The translations under genes and the position numbers were made by a program. A stretch of 38,771 nucleotides of DNA from the NCBI GenBank assembly GCA_041670225.1, contig JBAXZU010000002.1, positions 1 to 38,771 of the forward strand. The letters are read 5' to 3'. This document shows, piece after piece, positions 1-8,685 of this stretch (position 1 is its first letter; every line of letters begins with the position of its first letter). The notes under the pieces are model-generated. The model ran no database searches, had not been told where the DNA came from, and saw only the letters and a program-made list of their open reading frames with translations. Source of the DNA: Bacilli bacterium (GTDB lineage Bacteria; Bacillota_I; Bacilli_A; RFN20; CAG-288).

Positions 1-1
1 T

Positions 2-463
2 ACCCTTCATCTTCTTTTTCCAAGAAAATACAGTATTTATTCTTTGGATGGGGAAGAATTAGTTTCCGGAATTTCTATGTGGTGCTTAATCAGCCGAAAA
101 ACCAGACAGCCTATTCTTCCTGATAAGCATGGAATTGTTATTAAAGGAAATGACTTTTCCAGAAAAGACTCCATTCCTAACCGAATATCAGACAAAAACT
201 CGGTTTTCATAGAAAAAAGAAAAATCCGTTATTCGGATTTAGATATCAATGGTCATCTGAATAATGCCAGATATCTAGATTGGATTGATGACATCATTCA
301 GGAATATTTTCCAAAAGACTCTGAGTATCATTCTTTTACTATCAACTATCTTGAAGAAGCTGTTATGGATGATATTGTTGATATATATATAAATAAGGAT
401 GAGAAAACCATAATTGGAAAGAAAAAAGAAAAAAATGTTTTTGCTTTCTCTTTTTCTAAGTGA
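2..463 (+). CDS. acyl-ACP thioesterase, C-terminal part (5' end lies outside the window)
   Basis: The frame is open from the window edge to TGA at 461-463. The motif IRYSDLDINGHLNNARYLDWIDD is typical of the second hot-dog domain of bacterial acyl-ACP thioesterases. Confidence 0.7.
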   Translation, partial: TLHLLFPRKYSIYSLDGEELVSGISMWCLISRKTRQPILPDKHGIVIKGNDFSRKDSIPNRISDKNSVFIEKRKIRYSDLDINGHLNNARYLDWIDDIIQEYFPKDSEYHSFTINYLEEAVMDDIVDIYINKDEKTIIGKKKEKNVFAFSFSK

Positions 464-535
464 CACAAAAAGCCAATATGTTATAATATAAAACGCTTTC
501 ATAACTGCTTTACTGATTTTTAAAAGGATTAACTA

Positions 536-1900
536 ATGGATTTTGATGTTTCTTGGTTCTACAACCATCTACCGATAACTTTTGTTGAAACCTTCTTGGT
601 TACTCTTTTCCTTTGCCATCCTTTACCAAAAAGAAAATATTTTCCTCTTTTAGCACCTTTAGCATTAGTGATTGGCTATTTTCTAAGCATAATGATGATT
701 CCACTCTCGCAATTCTTAAATTCCAATTCGATGCTTATAACCTATTCAGTTGTTCAGGTTATGATAATCATCTGTGTCTTAGTGTGTTTTAAAGTTTCTA
801 TTCAAAGTTCGGTTTTCTTAGGCGTTACCGGATATACTATCCGTCACATGTCCTCCATGCTTGAAATTTTAGCTCAGTTCCTTTTCGGAAAAACTCTTAT
901 CACTAGTCAAAGTTCCTTCCTGCAATTCATGTATATCGGTGAATTCGTTTCACTTGTTATTTATTCTCCTTTGATTGCCTATCTTTCGACTATTGTCAAA
1001 GATAAGCTTCGTGCTGAAAAACCTCCGCTCTTCACTGTCATCTGTCTAGTCATCACCTTCACAATCAACATTCTCTACAACAAATATGTCATGCAATATA
1101 TCAATTCCCAGACTGGTGCTGCTAAATATGTCATGAATGTCATTAATGTTCTTATCTGTGGTTTCTCCCTTCTCTTTACCTTCGGATATCTGAAGATGAA
1201 AGATCTTCAAAGTGAGATTGCTATCAGCAATTACATCCGAAGCGAAGAAATGAAGCAATTCCATCAAAGTAAGGCAAATGTTGACCTAATCAGTATCAAA
1301 TGCCATGACTTAAAACATCAGATTCGGACAATGGCTGAACAGAACCACCCTCTCTCAAAAGAAGAATTATTGGAAATCGAAAATGAAATCAACGAATTTG
1401 ACACTAAAGTCAATACCGGAAATGTCAATCTTGACATTGTCTTAAAGGAAAAATCCTATTACTGCTTCAAACACGGAATCACTCTTTACCTGATGGTTGA
1501 CGGCAAGCTGCTTGACTTCTTACCAATCAATGACCTCTATTCATTATTCGGAAACATCCTTGAAAACGCCATTGAGTCAGTTATGAAGATACCGGATAAA
1601 TCCAAACGTCTGATAACTCTGAAAGTTACCCGTAAGGAAAACAGTGTCTTCATTATGGAAAACAATCCTTATGTCGGAAAACTGAATCTTATCAAAGGCA
1701 TTCCTCAGACAACCAAGGCTGATAACAATTATCATGGCTTCGGACTGAAATCCATTCAAAGAATTGCTGAACTCTACGACGGAAACCTGATTATCAACAC
1801 TAAAGATCAGAACTTCTCTCTTTACCTTCTGTTTGAAGGAAAAATCTCTAAGGATTTTGTTCCTGAAGAGGTAATTGCCGTTCAGAAACAATCCCATTAA
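536..1900 (+). CDS. membrane sensor histidine kinase, AgrC/GHKL (HATPase_c_5-like) type
   Basis: About 220 aa of multi-span hydrophobic N-terminus. H-box-like HDLKHQIRTM, N-box ILENAIES and G-box HGFGLKSI are present. AGGA lies 7 nt before the ATG. Confidence 0.75.
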   Translation: MDFDVSWFYNHLPITFVETFLVTLFLCHPLPKRKYFPLLAPLALVIGYFLSIMMIPLSQFLNSNSMLITYSVVQVMIIICVLVCFKVSIQSSVFLGVTGYTIRHMSSMLEILAQFLFGKTLITSQSSFLQFMYIGEFVSLVIYSPLIAYLSTIVKDKLRAEKPPLFTVICLVITFTINILYNKYVMQYINSQTGAAKYVMNVINVLICGFSLLFTFGYLKMKDLQSEIAISNYIRSEEMKQFHQSKANVDLISIKCHDLKHQIRTMAEQNHPLSKEELLEIENEINEFDTKVNTGNVNLDIVLKEKSYYCFKHGITLYLMVDGKLLDFLPINDLYSLFGNILENAIESVMKIPDKSKRLITLKVTRKENSVFIMENNPYVGKLNLIKGIPQTTKADNNYHGFGLKSIQRIAELYDGNLIINTKDQNFSLYLLFEGKISKDFVPEEVIAVQKQSH

Positions 1901-1910
1901 ATGATCGTAA

Positions 1911-1949
1911 ACAGTCAGTTTCTTCTAAGATTCTGGCTGTTTTTATTTT
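1911..1949 (+). terminator. rho-independent terminator after the kinase gene
   Basis: Stem acagtcag / ctggctgt (one G-U pair) with a 14-nt loop, followed by ttttatttt. Confidence 0.45.
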
Positions 1950-2017
1950 CTGTCTTTTCTTCCTATATAAAATATAGGAAAAAAATAGTTAAAAGCAAAA
2001 ACTATTTTAACAATAAA

Positions 2018-2052
2018 CAAATGTTAACATTTGTCACATTTAGTAAGATAAT
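2018..2052 (+). promoter_or_regulatory. candidate sigma-A promoter (TTAACA-17-GATAAT) overlapped by a perfect 16-bp palindrome CAAATGTTAACATTTG
   Basis: The palindrome was read directly at about 2018-2033 and covers the -35 hexamer. It lies about 160 nt upstream of the 1375-aa ORF. Confidence 0.4.
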
Positions 2053-2077
2053 AGGCGTCCGATAATTTTATTGTATG

Positions 2078-2183
2078 CTTTTTCCTGAACATGGAAAAAT
2101 CAATATTATGGGAAGACAAACGTGTTTTAGAGAAAGGCAAAACACGGAAGTATATTTGGCTATATGTTCATAAACCAAATATA
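2078..2183 (+). promoter_or_regulatory. structured 5' leader with three consecutive hairpins ahead of the 1375-aa ORF
   Basis: Stems are tttttcc/ggaaaaa (about 2079-2099), cgtgtttt/aaaacacg (about 2121-2146) and tatatttgg/ccaaatata (about 2151-2183). The SD GAAGGTG follows at about 2199. Confidence 0.3.
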
Positions 2184-2209
2184 TGGATACTTAAAAAAGA
2201 AGGTGTTAA

Positions 2210-5200
2210 ATGAAAGGAAACAAACACAGACGCAGTAAGACACTTGCGGCCCTCACCGTGATGACATTCACTCTGGGTACTGTCTCATCAACCATTCTGT
2301 TAATGGCTAATAGTGTAAACGCTGCACCAGTCGAAGATGACGATGATGAATTCGTCATCGACAATGGAGGCGGAGATTTAACTCTGGACCAACAGCAAAC
2401 CGTGAGCGTTAAAGAAGCTCTCTTTGCTAATCTCGCCGGCTCCAATCTTCAGATTCAGAACATGGACCTCTATGCCAAAAACATTTTAGGTTCAACCAAA
2501 TCCGTTAAACTTAATTTTAACGGAGCTTTAGACTATTTGAATTTTATCACTTCAAACAAAGACAATATTGCTTCTAATGACCAACCAGCCAAATTTAACG
2601 GAAACGTTAATATCAAGGTCACTGACTCTGATCCTGATGCTGAATACAGCACTAATCTCGATGAAAGTTTAGCAATTCAGACTCAGGGAACCGGAAAGCT
2701 TTACCTTGATTGGTATAATCAGAAGTACACCATCAGCGGAAAAGTTATTTCCGATGTCTTAGACTTCATGCCGACTATCGCTGCCCTTACCGGTGCCGGA
2801 GATTCTTTAGATATTGTTGACACTGTTGCCAGCAGTCTTAAGGATATTGATATTGTCTCTATTCTTCCTTTAATCATCAATGTCTTAGGTACTTTCACTG
2901 ATTCCGCTGATATTGATCAGACTCCAGTCAATGGTATTTATACTTTCCACTTCAATGTCGGAACTGAATATACCAGTGCCATCGGACTTGATTTCCCTAT
3001 CTCTGTCGCCTTAAAGTGCGATGCTGAAGGAAAGCTTACCGGACTGGTTCTCGATGAAATTGATATTTCCGGAATGACTATCGGACTTAATGCCACCACC
3101 GATATGGATCTCGAATCCACTTATGTTGATGATGTCATTGATTCTGACTATACCAACAATCTTGACTGCACAACCAACGTCTTAACTACCGTTGCTTCTT
3201 TAATTGAAGATAAGAAGTTTGCTACCAATTATTCTCTTTCTATCGAAGAAAGCAAGAACGGCATTCAGGATTCTACCGTTAGCCGTACCTTTGAAGGAAA
3301 CATCAAGGGAGATTTCTCAACCTCCAATAAACCGGTCGTTGAAGTTTCTTTAAACGAAAATGAAACCTTCAATAGTCAGGTTAATGTCAAGTATGATGCC
3401 GGCAATACCTATTTCAAGGTTAACAACTTAGTTAATGGTTATTTAGAGAAGACTACCATTGATTCTCTTATCACTGATATCACTGATACCATTTCCTCTG
3501 AAAACACTCAGGAAGGTCAGCAGGCTGAAGAAGCCACTGATGCCTTAAATGACATTCTTTCCAGCTCCAAGATCTATGACATCTACAATGGCAATTGGTC
3601 AGCCTACAAGGACATCATCAAGTCTTTGACTGTCGTTGATGAAGTTATGACTCTTACTGTTGATGCTCAGGGTATCTATAATTCTCTTCCTAGTGCTGAC
3701 TTCACTCTCAATCTCGACCTCAGTGATGGAAAGCTTAACAGCGTTTCCATTGAAGACCTCCCCTTCAGAGAAGTCACCAAGACTACTGGATATACTTATT
3801 TAGACACTGTCAGTTTCAATCTTAGCCTCACCTCCTATGATTCAGTTAATATTGCTTTCGGTGATCTTGATTCTTACACTAACTTCAAGGTTGTCACTCC
3901 TCTCTATAACACCATCGCCAAGGTTATTGACACCAAGACTGTCGGTGTTGACTACAATGTCCAATATTTCAAGAACACTAATGACAAAGATGCCAGCATC
4001 ATCGTCACTGGCGATCTTAATGCTGACTTAAATGATTTATTAGACATCAACTTCTCTTCCGCTTCCGATATTGATTCCATCGTTTCCACCATCAGAGGTG
4101 AAAATCTTGGAACTTATGATCTGACCGCTCAGGCTGAAGTCAACGGAATGCATCATAACATAAAGATGGCTTACCAGAATAAAGGCCTCTATATGGATTA
4201 CAAGGGAGTTACTGAAGCTACCCATACCAGAATGAGCCTGACTCAGGGAAGCATCTTCAACATCTATGATGTCGTTAACGGACTCATCAACAAGGGAACA
4301 ACTGAAGAAGAAGAGGTTGATCCATATGCTCAAATCAATGACACACTTGTTAGCCTTCTCGATATTACCGATGGTAGTCTCTGGAACCTGATCAGCGGAT
4401 CACAGATCAAAGACCTTGAAGATTATATCGATATCACTCAGAGTAGTTCCGGAAACGGAGTTAAGGTCGATGTTGACACCAATGTCTTTGGAAAAGACTA
4501 CGGAAGCGTTAGCTTAGTCATGGATGGCAACACTCATGAATTACTCAACATCACTGCTGATTACACCAATTCATCAATTGGAAAGTTCTCATTCGAATTA
4601 GATTTCAAGGATTATGAAGATCCGACAATCTCTCAGGATGAAATCAATCAATACTATAAGTCAATGGATGGTACTGTTGAGGCAATCATCAACATCATCA
4701 ACGGTTTATCCGGTTCTGCCACAGTGGAGGGGTCTCTGACCTCCACTGGCGACAAACCCAGAAACTTAGGATTGAATGGTTGGATGAACTTTGAATCAAT
4801 GAACTCGCTGGAAGGCTTCGCTTCCAGCGGTTCTTTTTCTCTTACCGATTCTTCCGCGGATGAAAACACCAAGATTGAGTTTCAGGCCGTTAAAGACACT
4901 TATGATGATGAAACCAAAACCTACACCAAAAGCGGCGGAATTGATTTAGAGTATAATGACAAAATCAGAGCCTACACTGAAAAACAGAGTGTAAAGGAAG
5001 CCTTAACTGAATTTGCTAATATCACTGATTCCAGCCTTATTTATATTTATATAAAAGATTACTTACCATTAATAAATGTACTTGTGGGAGGAACCTCACC
5101 AACAAGTAGCACCGAAGTAAATCTCAATACCGTACTTAAAACATTGATCAGCCTGACTGATGGCTGTGAGATGTCATTTTTAAGTGCATACCAATTAACC

Positions 5201-6337
5201 GTAAATTTTGATTTCAGTAAACTTGACACCAAGGATCTCCTTGGTCTTGACGTTAGTTCTTTCGGTCAAGTTTCTTTAACTATTGATTTTTTACCTGAAG
5301 ATTCTACTAAGTACATTGCCGTCACTATCAATGACCTGAGCTTTGATGACTGCCAAGGTGATGTAACTCTTTATTTAAACAAAGAAGCTGTTACTACTCC
5401 ATCCGACTTCGGATTCAATAGTAGCTGCGGAAAAGTCTGGCTTGAGCAATTACCGATATTGATGAAAATAGGTGTCAATCTTCTTGAGAAGAGAGCCTAT
5501 ATGTTCACCGGTACTCTGACTGCTTCAACCGGCGGTATTGCTGCCTGGTTTCTTTCAGTCGATATTAATGCAAGTGTTGAAGTCTACCTCCGAGTCGGAG
5601 ATACCATTGATGAAGAAACCAACATGTTCTCCGTTGATGGCTATATCAAAATCATTAATTCCTTGCCTAGTACCGGAAGTGATATCAGCAACTCCAAAGT
5701 AACTGACAAAAAAAGAACAACCGAGTTCTTCATCAAGGATACAAATGCTTATATCACCAGATATGATACCTACAAGACTTGGAGCAGAAAATATTGGTGG
5801 AGTAGTTGGAATACAGTTGTCACTAATTCCTATGACTACTTCAAAGTCACACAGAAAGCTATGTTGGCTGATGCTGTCTATTATGTCTTAGAATATGCTT
5901 TAGGTGCTACTGACTTATATAACACCGTTCAAAGCACGATTGAAGACAGCGGTTCCTCAAGCACTGACATCTTCTCTATGTTCAAATACTTTGACAACAT
6001 TGATGGCAAGGATGCCTTCCAGGTTAAATTAAATGTCTATTCTCTGCTTGATGTCTATGCTGACCTCTATTATGATTCCGGTTCCTATGAACTGACAAAA
6101 ATCAGTGCCTACACCTCTATGAACTTAGGAGTCGCTTCAGTCAGCTTCAATCTCTCAGTTGATAACATTGCCTTATCCGGACTGGATGATTCCAGGTACG
6201 CTCCGAGCATGCAAAAATATGATAACTTCCTTTCATCCTGGAACAACAACTCGGTCACCAAGAATCTTGAATTCCGTCCAAGCAAGGATAACACTGAATC
6301 ACAGTACTTCTATACCACTTCTTCACCTCTCTTCTAA
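2210..6337 (+). CDS. very large secreted protein of unknown function (1375 aa)
   Basis: Long uninterrupted ORF with a good SD. The N-terminus has a basic n-region, a hydrophobic core and a VNA-AP cleavage-like site. The protein is acidic and T/S/N/D-rich, with no LPXTG motif, lipobox or recognisable repeat module. Confidence 0.85.
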   Translation: MKGNKHRRSKTLAALTVMTFTLGTVSSTILLMANSVNAAPVEDDDDEFVIDNGGGDLTLDQQQTVSVKEALFANLAGSNLQIQNMDLYAKNILGSTKSVKLNFNGALDYLNFITSNKDNIASNDQPAKFNGNVNIKVTDSDPDAEYSTNLDESLAIQTQGTGKLYLDWYNQKYTISGKVISDVLDFMPTIAALTGAGDSLDIVDTVASSLKDIDIVSILPLIINVLGTFTDSADIDQTPVNGIYTFHFNVGTEYTSAIGLDFPISVALKCDAEGKLTGLVLDEIDISGMTIGLNATTDMDLESTYVDDVIDSDYTNNLDCTTNVLTTVASLIEDKKFATNYSLSIEESKNGIQDSTVSRTFEGNIKGDFSTSNKPVVEVSLNENETFNSQVNVKYDAGNTYFKVNNLVNGYLEKTTIDSLITDITDTISSENTQEGQQAEEATDALNDILSSSKIYDIYNGNWSAYKDIIKSLTVVDEVMTLTVDAQGIYNSLPSADFTLNLDLSDGKLNSVSIEDLPFREVTKTTGYTYLDTVSFNLSLTSYDSVNIAFGDLDSYTNFKVVTPLYNTIAKVIDTKTVGVDYNVQYFKNTNDKDASIIVTGDLNADLNDLLDINFSSASDIDSIVSTIRGENLGTYDLTAQAEVNGMHHNIKMAYQNKGLYMDYKGVTEATHTRMSLTQGSIFNIYDVVNGLINKGTTEEEEVDPYAQINDTLVSLLDITDGSLWNLISGSQIKDLEDYIDITQSSSGNGVKVDVDTNVFGKDYGSVSLVMDGNTHELLNITADYTNSSIGKFSFELDFKDYEDPTISQDEINQYYKSMDGTVEAIINIINGLSGSATVEGSLTSTGDKPRNLGLNGWMNFESMNSLEGFASSGSFSLTDSSADENTKIEFQAVKDTYDDETKTYTKSGGIDLEYNDKIRAYTEKQSVKEALTEFANITDSSLIYIYIKDYLPLINVLVGGTSPTSSTEVNLNTVLKTLISLTDGCEMSFLSAYQLTVNFDFSKLDTKDLLGLDVSSFGQVSLTIDFLPEDSTKYIAVTINDLSFDDCQGDVTLYLNKEAVTTPSDFGFNSSCGKVWLEQLPILMKIGVNLLEKRAYMFTGTLTASTGGIAAWFLSVDINASVEVYLRVGDTIDEETNMFSVDGYIKIINSLPSTGSDISNSKVTDKKRTTEFFIKDTNAYITRYDTYKTWSRKYWWSSWNTVVTNSYDYFKVTQKAMLADAVYYVLEYALGATDLYNTVQSTIEDSGSSSTDIFSMFKYFDNIDGKDAFQVKLNVYSLLDVYADLYYDSGSYELTKISAYTSMNLGVASVSFNLSVDNIALSGLDDSRYAPSMQKYDNFLSSWNNNSVTKNLEFRPSKDNTESQYFYTTSSPLF

Positions 6338-6350
6338 AAACAAAATAAAA

Positions 6351-6380
6351 CAGTCAGGCCTGAAACCTGACTGTTTTTTT
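6351..6380. terminator. bidirectional rho-independent terminator between convergent genes
   Basis: Stem cagtcagg / cctgactg with loop cctgaaa. It is flanked by an A-run upstream and ttttttt downstream, so it can work on both strands. Confidence 0.7.
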
Positions 6381-6396
6381 ATATTTTTTATGATTA

Positions 6397-6549
6397 TCAG
6401 AAGAAGAAAATAAAGAAGAAAATACAATAGAAGACCAGCATACTGATCAAGCCCCAGAAAATAAACCAATACCAGGGTAAAGGAGTATCATTAAAGAACT
6501 TCTTCTTATTCGGTTTAGTTTCGGCTTCGTCTTTTTTTATATCGTGCAT
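6397..6549 (-). CDS. small (50 aa) single-pass membrane protein candidate, not in the ORF track
   Basis: Hand translation gives MHDIKKDEAETKPNKKKFFNDTPLPWYWFIFWGLISMLVFYCIFFFIFFF. AAGGTGAG lies 3-4 nt before the ATG. The start overlaps the last codons of the 358-aa gene, and the ORF ends just before the bidirectional terminator. Confidence 0.4.
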   Translation of the reverse strand: MHDIKKDEAETKPNKKKFFNDTPLPWYWFIFWGLISMLVFYCIFFFIFFF

Positions 6550-7613
6550 GTGCTCACCTTACTATAATCAATCGGATCAGAACTATTAGAGGGGATATCT
6601 TTATTGGAGTAATCAAACAGGATTTTTCCGTAAGCCTTAGTCGGTACGTTTCCGACCATGGAGACAACGTTGTAAGCTTCAATGGTTGTCATTCCTACCA
6701 GCTTTAGATCTCTGGAGACAATGACACGGACACAGACATCATCAAAGACTGGGACATCCTTCATCTTGGCAATGTTGCTGTCAGAGTCAGCCGTGGTAGT
6801 GAACATATATTTCTTATAGCTGGAAATAGCATCCTCACCCAAGGAGAGCTTAATCTCATACTGATTGTTGCTATTCAGAACCATCGAATTATCATAGACT
6901 TCATCTTTTCCGCTGGTATTCTTAACGGTCTTGGTTTCACCGACAGTATCGGAATTGACAATATAATTGAATGGGAATTCCGGAGAAATACTGAACTGCT
7001 TAATATAAGCCGCTAAGGAGACATGATACTTAAGGACATCAGTTGCTAAATAGTCAGCTTCAATAGTATTAGTTGATTCAGTGATTTCAGCTTTGTTAGT
7101 CAGACGGAAATAGTCATAGGCATTAGCACCGCTGGAAGTAGTGTAAATAGGGCTGGCAGCTCCGGTTCCCTTAGCCTGGTCATAATTATAGGTTCTCTCC
7201 GCAAAGCCGACAAAACCGGCTTTGGAGATGTTCTCTTTCATGCCTTTTCCGTTAGAAGTCTTGATATACGCGGAATAGGTATTCTGGACATTCTTGACGC
7301 TCATGGTTTCACTGATTGCCTGATTGAAAGAAGTAAATGACCGGTAGCTAGTATCCAGATAGCAGAACTTATAGAAAGCCATGCCGGCAACATCAGCAGC
7401 AGTCAGGCTGGTTGAAGTCAGATCAACCGAAGCAACATCCTGAGTACCCATTACTTCAGTGAACTTATTATAGGCAGTTTCATCTTTTTCGAAAGAGCCG
7501 GTTACCACCGCACTCTGCTTAAAGTAGGATCCGAGGAACCATCCTCCGACACCACCAATTCCTCCTCCGATAATTACAGAGAAGGCTAAAATTATTAAAT
7601 GTGTTTTTTTCAT
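6537..7613 (-). CDS. N-terminally membrane-anchored extracytoplasmic protein, unknown function
   Basis: The N-terminus MKKTHLIILAFSVIIGGGIGGVGGWFLG is a single TM or uncleaved signal anchor. The rest is hydrophilic and S/T/N-rich, with no motif I recognise. Confidence 0.75.
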   Translation of the reverse strand: MKKTHLIILAFSVIIGGGIGGVGGWFLGSYFKQSAVVTGSFEKDETAYNKFTEVMGTQDVASVDLTSTSLTAADVAGMAFYKFCYLDTSYRSFTSFNQAISETMSVKNVQNTYSAYIKTSNGKGMKENISKAGFVGFAERTYNYDQAKGTGAASPIYTTSSGANAYDYFRLTNKAEITESTNTIEADYLATDVLKYHVSLAAYIKQFSISPEFPFNYIVNSDTVGETKTVKNTSGKDEVYDNSMVLNSNNQYEIKLSLGEDAISSYKKYMFTTTADSDSNIAKMKDVPVFDDVCVRVIVSRDLKLVGMTTIEAYNVVSMVGNVPTKAYGKILFDYSNKDIPSNSSDPIDYSKVSTCTI

Positions 7614-7705
7614 ACGCCAAATTATATTATAGTTTGCGGGTTTTAGTCAATTTTTTAGGGTGTTTTCAAATAGTTTAATTAAAAAACCATTATTTGATTT
7701 AAATA

Positions 7706-7740
7706 AAAAGACCGAGATTTTCAATGAATATTGGTCTTTT
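7706..7740 (-). terminator. rho-independent terminator downstream of the thioesterase-like gene
   Basis: Stem aaagacc / ggtcttt with a T-run on the minus-strand transcript. Confidence 0.45.
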
Positions 7741-7765
7741 TATAGATAAATAACGAATATCTAGC

Positions 7766-8476
7766 CTACTTTAAAAGCAAAGAAGCTTTAATAACGGATT
7801 TCCCGTCCTCTTTCTCAATCTCAAAAAAATAATTATTCTCTTCTTTCAAAGTATTGATAACCAATTTCTCATGAATTACGGCCTGAGAACAATACTGAAT
7901 AATAAAAACATAAGGCTTAGAATTGATTTCCTGATATTCTTCAATCGTCAGAGTATCATAGAATCTGATAATGCCTTTGGTGTTATTCATATGCTTAGAA
8001 TAATCAAGCATACTAGGTGTGACTGAAAATTCAAAGGCTTGTTTAAGAGGATTCTCATTAAGGAAATCGAAAGAAACGTCTTCATCAGATTCCTTAGGAA
8101 GCAAATTGACGGTGCTGAGTTTGGTGATTCTGAAAGACTCACAGTTGAGAAGGCAGGATTCAAGAATTGATCGGACAATGACCTTGCCTGAGGAATCAAT
8201 CATCTGAGTCAGAAAATAATTCTTTATTCTTTCAGTCTTGAGAATTTCACAGGTGATGGTTATTGTTTCGTTCCACTTCGGAGACCTAAGAGTCACAATT
8301 TTCTGTTTAGTAAAAACCCACATCAGCTGATACTGATCATGAAGAGTGATATTATCACATTTGATATCTTTAGTTAAGTCAGAGACTTTGTTTTCGACAA
8401 TTTCCATTATTCTGGCTAAGGACATTTCCGGTACCATGCCGCAATCAGAAAATTCAACTTTATAAGAATCTGTCAT
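7766..8476 (-). CDS. divergent acyl-ACP thioesterase-like protein (double hot-dog)
   Basis: The 236-aa length and layout match bacterial acyl-ACP thioesterases. The segment VTPSMLDYSKHMNNTKGIIRFYD sits where VRYSDxDxNGHVNNxKY normally lies, and an N-terminal WVFTKQKIV...PKWNETITI block is present. Confidence 0.5.
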   Translation of the reverse strand: MTDSYKVEFSDCGMVPEMSLARIMEIVENKVSDLTKDIKCDNITLHDQYQLMWVFTKQKIVTLRSPKWNETITITCEILKTERIKNYFLTQMIDSSGKVIVRSILESCLLNCESFRITKLSTVNLLPKESDEDVSFDFLNENPLKQAFEFSVTPSMLDYSKHMNNTKGIIRFYDTLTIEEYQEINSKPYVFIIQYCSQAVIHEKLVINTLKEENNYFFEIEKEDGKSVIKASLLLK

Positions 8477-8584
8477 AGATTTCTCCTTTCCAAGATATTA
8501 ATCACAAAATCAAATATTTTTTACATATAAACAATAACATATCTTTGCTTCTTTTTATTTAGTTTATTAAGAAAATCAAATACT

Positions 8585-8621
8585 AAAAAAGACCTGATTG
8601 ATATCTCTATCCAATCAAGCC
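8585..8621 (-). terminator. rho-independent terminator downstream of the LRR lipoprotein gene
   Basis: The minus-strand RNA ggcttgattgg...ccaatcaggtc forms a 10-bp stem (two G-U pairs) followed by uuuuuu. Confidence 0.5.
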
Positions 8622-8685
8622 TTTTATTCTTGCTTAAACTAATATTGAGGGTTGGTATACGAATAAATAATCAGTAAATCAAATA

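Noticed and set aside
275-502. 75-aa antisense ORF over the thioesterase 3' end, and similar short ORFs (1046-1267, 1577-1897, 2206-2445, 6109-6413, 7987-8207)
   Set aside because: All are nested in, or antisense to, better-supported genes. They have low-complexity translations and no start signals.
1901-2065. 54-codon ORF starting with the ATG that abuts the kinase stop (TAAATG), with a hydrophobic N-terminus; considered as a possible signalling-peptide gene
   Set aside because: It reads straight through the predicted kinase terminator hairpin and T-tract, and through the promoter and palindrome of the next gene. The region is AT-rich intergenic-type sequence, so the ORF is most likely fortuitous. 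It would be worth revisiting only if conserved next to orthologous kinases.
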